The notes beneath the pieces were generated by a model, which made no database searches, was not told the origin of the DNA, and was given only the letters and a program-made list of their open reading frames with translations. Position numbers and translations under genes: made by a program. Of a stretch of DNA of 54,238 nucleotides, positions 52,692-54,238 are shown piece by piece (position 1 is the stretch's first letter; each line of letters begins with the position of its first letter). Origin of the DNA: Acidobacteriota bacterium (GTDB lineage Bacteria > Acidobacteriota > Thermoanaerobaculia > UBA5066); assembly GCA_037443065.1 (NCBI GenBank), contig JBBIPB010000001.1, positions 1 to 54,238 of the forward strand, in the 5' to 3' direction.

Positions 52692-53570
52692 ATGCCGACG
52701 GACAAGCACACCATCATTTTCGTCCCTCATGCGCGGGCGCGATTCCGGCAGTTTCGCGTCTCCTCCCGGCTCTTGTGGGGTGTCGCGGCCTTCGTTTTTC
52801 TTTCGGTCGCGGTCGGCGGCACGTTCACGGCCCTCTGGATCCGCTCCATCCGGCAGAACCGCGAGTACTCGGCCCTCGTGGCCGAGAACCAGGACCTCCG
52901 GACGCGGGCACGAGACCTGAACGGGAAGCTCGAGAGCCTCGAGAAGCAGCTGGCCGAGTTCGAGGAAAAGACGCGCCGCCTCTCGATCGCGGCGGGCCTC
53001 TCCGCGGTGAACGACCCGGGAACGGGAGGGGTCGGCGGACTCGCGGCGACCCCTCTCGACGCCACGGCCTCCGTCGAGCTCGGCATGAACGAAGCGACAC
53101 GCCGGAGCGGTCTCCTCTCATCCCGTCTCGAGACGGTCGAGAAGAAGCTGACTCTTCAGGCCGACCGGCTCGCGCTGACTCCGACGCTCGCCCCCTCGGC
53201 AGGGCTTCTCACGGCCGGCTTCGGCCTCCGGAACGATCCGTTCACCGGCCAGCGCGAGTTCCACACGGGAATCGACATCTCGACACCAGCGGGAAACCGG
53301 GTCTTTGCTCCCGCGGGGGGTACGGTCGTCCGCGTCGGATGGGATAAAGGCTACGGCCGAATCGTCCTGATCTCCCATGGATACGGCGTCACGACGCTTT
53401 TCGGGCACCTCGCCGCCGCGCGGGTTTCGGAAGGCCAGCGCGTCAAACGAGGGGACCTGATCGCGCTCGTCGGCTCGACCGGCCGCTCGACCGGCCCGCA
53501 TCTTCACTACGAAGTGCATCTGGACGGCAAGCCCGTCAACCCGCTCGAGTACGTTCTTAACGCGTTCTGA
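52692..53570 (+). CDS. M23-family metallopeptidase with N-terminal TM segment and coiled coil (EnvC/MepM-like)
   Basis: HTGIDISTPAGNRVFAPAGGTV and GHL...GSTGRSTGPHLHYEVHLDGKPVNP are the LytM-domain zinc motifs. Confidence 0.85.
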   Translation: MPTDKHTIIFVPHARARFRQFRVSSRLLWGVAAFVFLSVAVGGTFTALWIRSIRQNREYSALVAENQDLRTRARDLNGKLESLEKQLAEFEEKTRRLSIAAGLSAVNDPGTGGVGGLAATPLDATASVELGMNEATRRSGLLSSRLETVEKKLTLQADRLALTPTLAPSAGLLTAGFGLRNDPFTGQREFHTGIDISTPAGNRVFAPAGGTVVRVGWDKGYGRIVLISHGYGVTTLFGHLAAARVSEGQRVKRGDLIALVGSTGRSTGPHLHYEVHLDGKPVNPLEYVLNAF

Positions 53571-53631
53571 TCGAGCGGCGCCCCTCTGTTAAAATTGCGT
53601 TTTCGCGTGCCAGGTGCGCGCTAAAGCCTTC

Positions 53632-54238
53632 ATGATCATCGACAAAGCCCTCTCCAAGATCTTCGGGACGAAGCACCAGCGCGACGTCAAGGCGCTCGTT
53701 CCCCGCGTCGCCGCCATTCCCGCCCTGGAGCCTGATCTCGCCCCGCTCTCCGACGACGCCCTCCGCGGCCGCCTTTCTGCAATCAAGGACCGGGTCCGTG
53801 AGTCCGCGGCGACCCTGCCGGAGGAGCTGGAGGAGCGGCGCCGCCGGGTCAAGGAGATCCTCGACGCCGAGCTGGTCGAGGTCTTCGCCATCGTCCGCGA
53901 GGCCGGAAAACGGACCCTCGAGCAGCGCCACTACGACGTCCAGATGATGGGCGGCATGGTCCTGCACGAGGGGAAGATCTCCGAGATGCGGACCGGCGAA
54001 GGAAAGACGCTCGTCGCGACGCTCCCGATCACCCTCAACGCCCTCACCGGGCGCGGCGTGCACGTCGTCACCGTGAACGACTACCTCGCCAAGCGTGACG
54101 CCGAGTGGATGGGCCAGATCTACACATTTCTCGGCCTGACCGTCGGCTGCATCCAGCACGACATGGACGACGACGCGCGGCGCGAGGCCTACCGCTCGGA
54201 CATCACGTACGGGACGAACAACGAGTTCGGCTTCGACT
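53632..54238 (+). CDS. secA: Preprotein translocase ATPase SecA (N-terminal 202 codons; continues past the right edge)
   Basis: Not in the ORF track because there is no stop in the window. My translation from ATG 53632 reads [22 protein letters not shown]...[33 protein letters not shown]...[19 protein letters not shown], with canonical SecA motifs. Confidence 0.9.
   Translation, partial: MIIDKALSKIFGTKHQRDVKALVPRVAAIPALEPDLAPLSDDALRGRLSAIKDRVRESAATLPEELEERRRRVKEILDAELVEVFAIVREAGKRTLEQRHYDVQMMGGMVLHEGKISEMRTGEGKTLVATLPITLNALTGRGVHVVTVNDYLAKRDAEWMGQIYTFLGLTVGCIQHDMDDDARREAYRSDITYGTNNEFGFD

Overview
The window is GC-rich (about 70 percent G+C by eye, not computed) and almost fully coding. I call about 50 protein genes. 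I found no rRNA, tRNA, CRISPR array, transposase, integrase or phage gene, and no recognisable defence genes.

Most of the content is core housekeeping:
- An rpsP-rimM-trmD-rplS-rnhB block with ffh.
- An hrcA-grpE-dnaK-dnaJ-prmA-rsmE operon.
- alaS/recX, ilvE, pgsA, trmB, queG, sppA, comM and the 5' end of secA.
- Envelope and motility genes: pilT, an MglA-like GTPase, two lytic transglycosylases and an M23 peptidase.

Gene order and content (lipoproteins, a Tat signal, MglA, PilT) suggest a high-GC diderm such as Acidobacteriota or Myxococcota. That is inference only.

The accessory-looking parts are:
1. A fully overlap-coupled four-gene glycan operon (46558-52617). It encodes a pyruvyltransferase-GT2 fusion, an unassigned enzyme with QueC-like PP-loop and tetracysteine architecture, a DegT aminotransferase and a GT4.
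2. A GT4-GT4 pair driven by a methyltransferase. Its long N-terminal coiled coil is built from heptad-phased tandem repeats (8007-12685).
3. An MglA-type GTPase with an unassigned C-terminal extension of about 240 aa (41868-43172).
4. A short QueG coupled to a Nudix-Rieske fusion (14470-16109).
5. A Tat-exported PaoABC-like molybdoenzyme cluster carrying an extra 81-aa Cys-containing ORF (28744-34301).

Two decayed genes are also present: a collapsed PD40 propeller and a HAD C-terminal remnant.

None of these is demonstrably a new system from sequence alone. The QueC-like enzyme in the glycan operon is my best candidate. Many long ORFs in the supplied track are antisense or off-frame artefacts of the GC content. 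Several real genes start well inside the listed ORFs.
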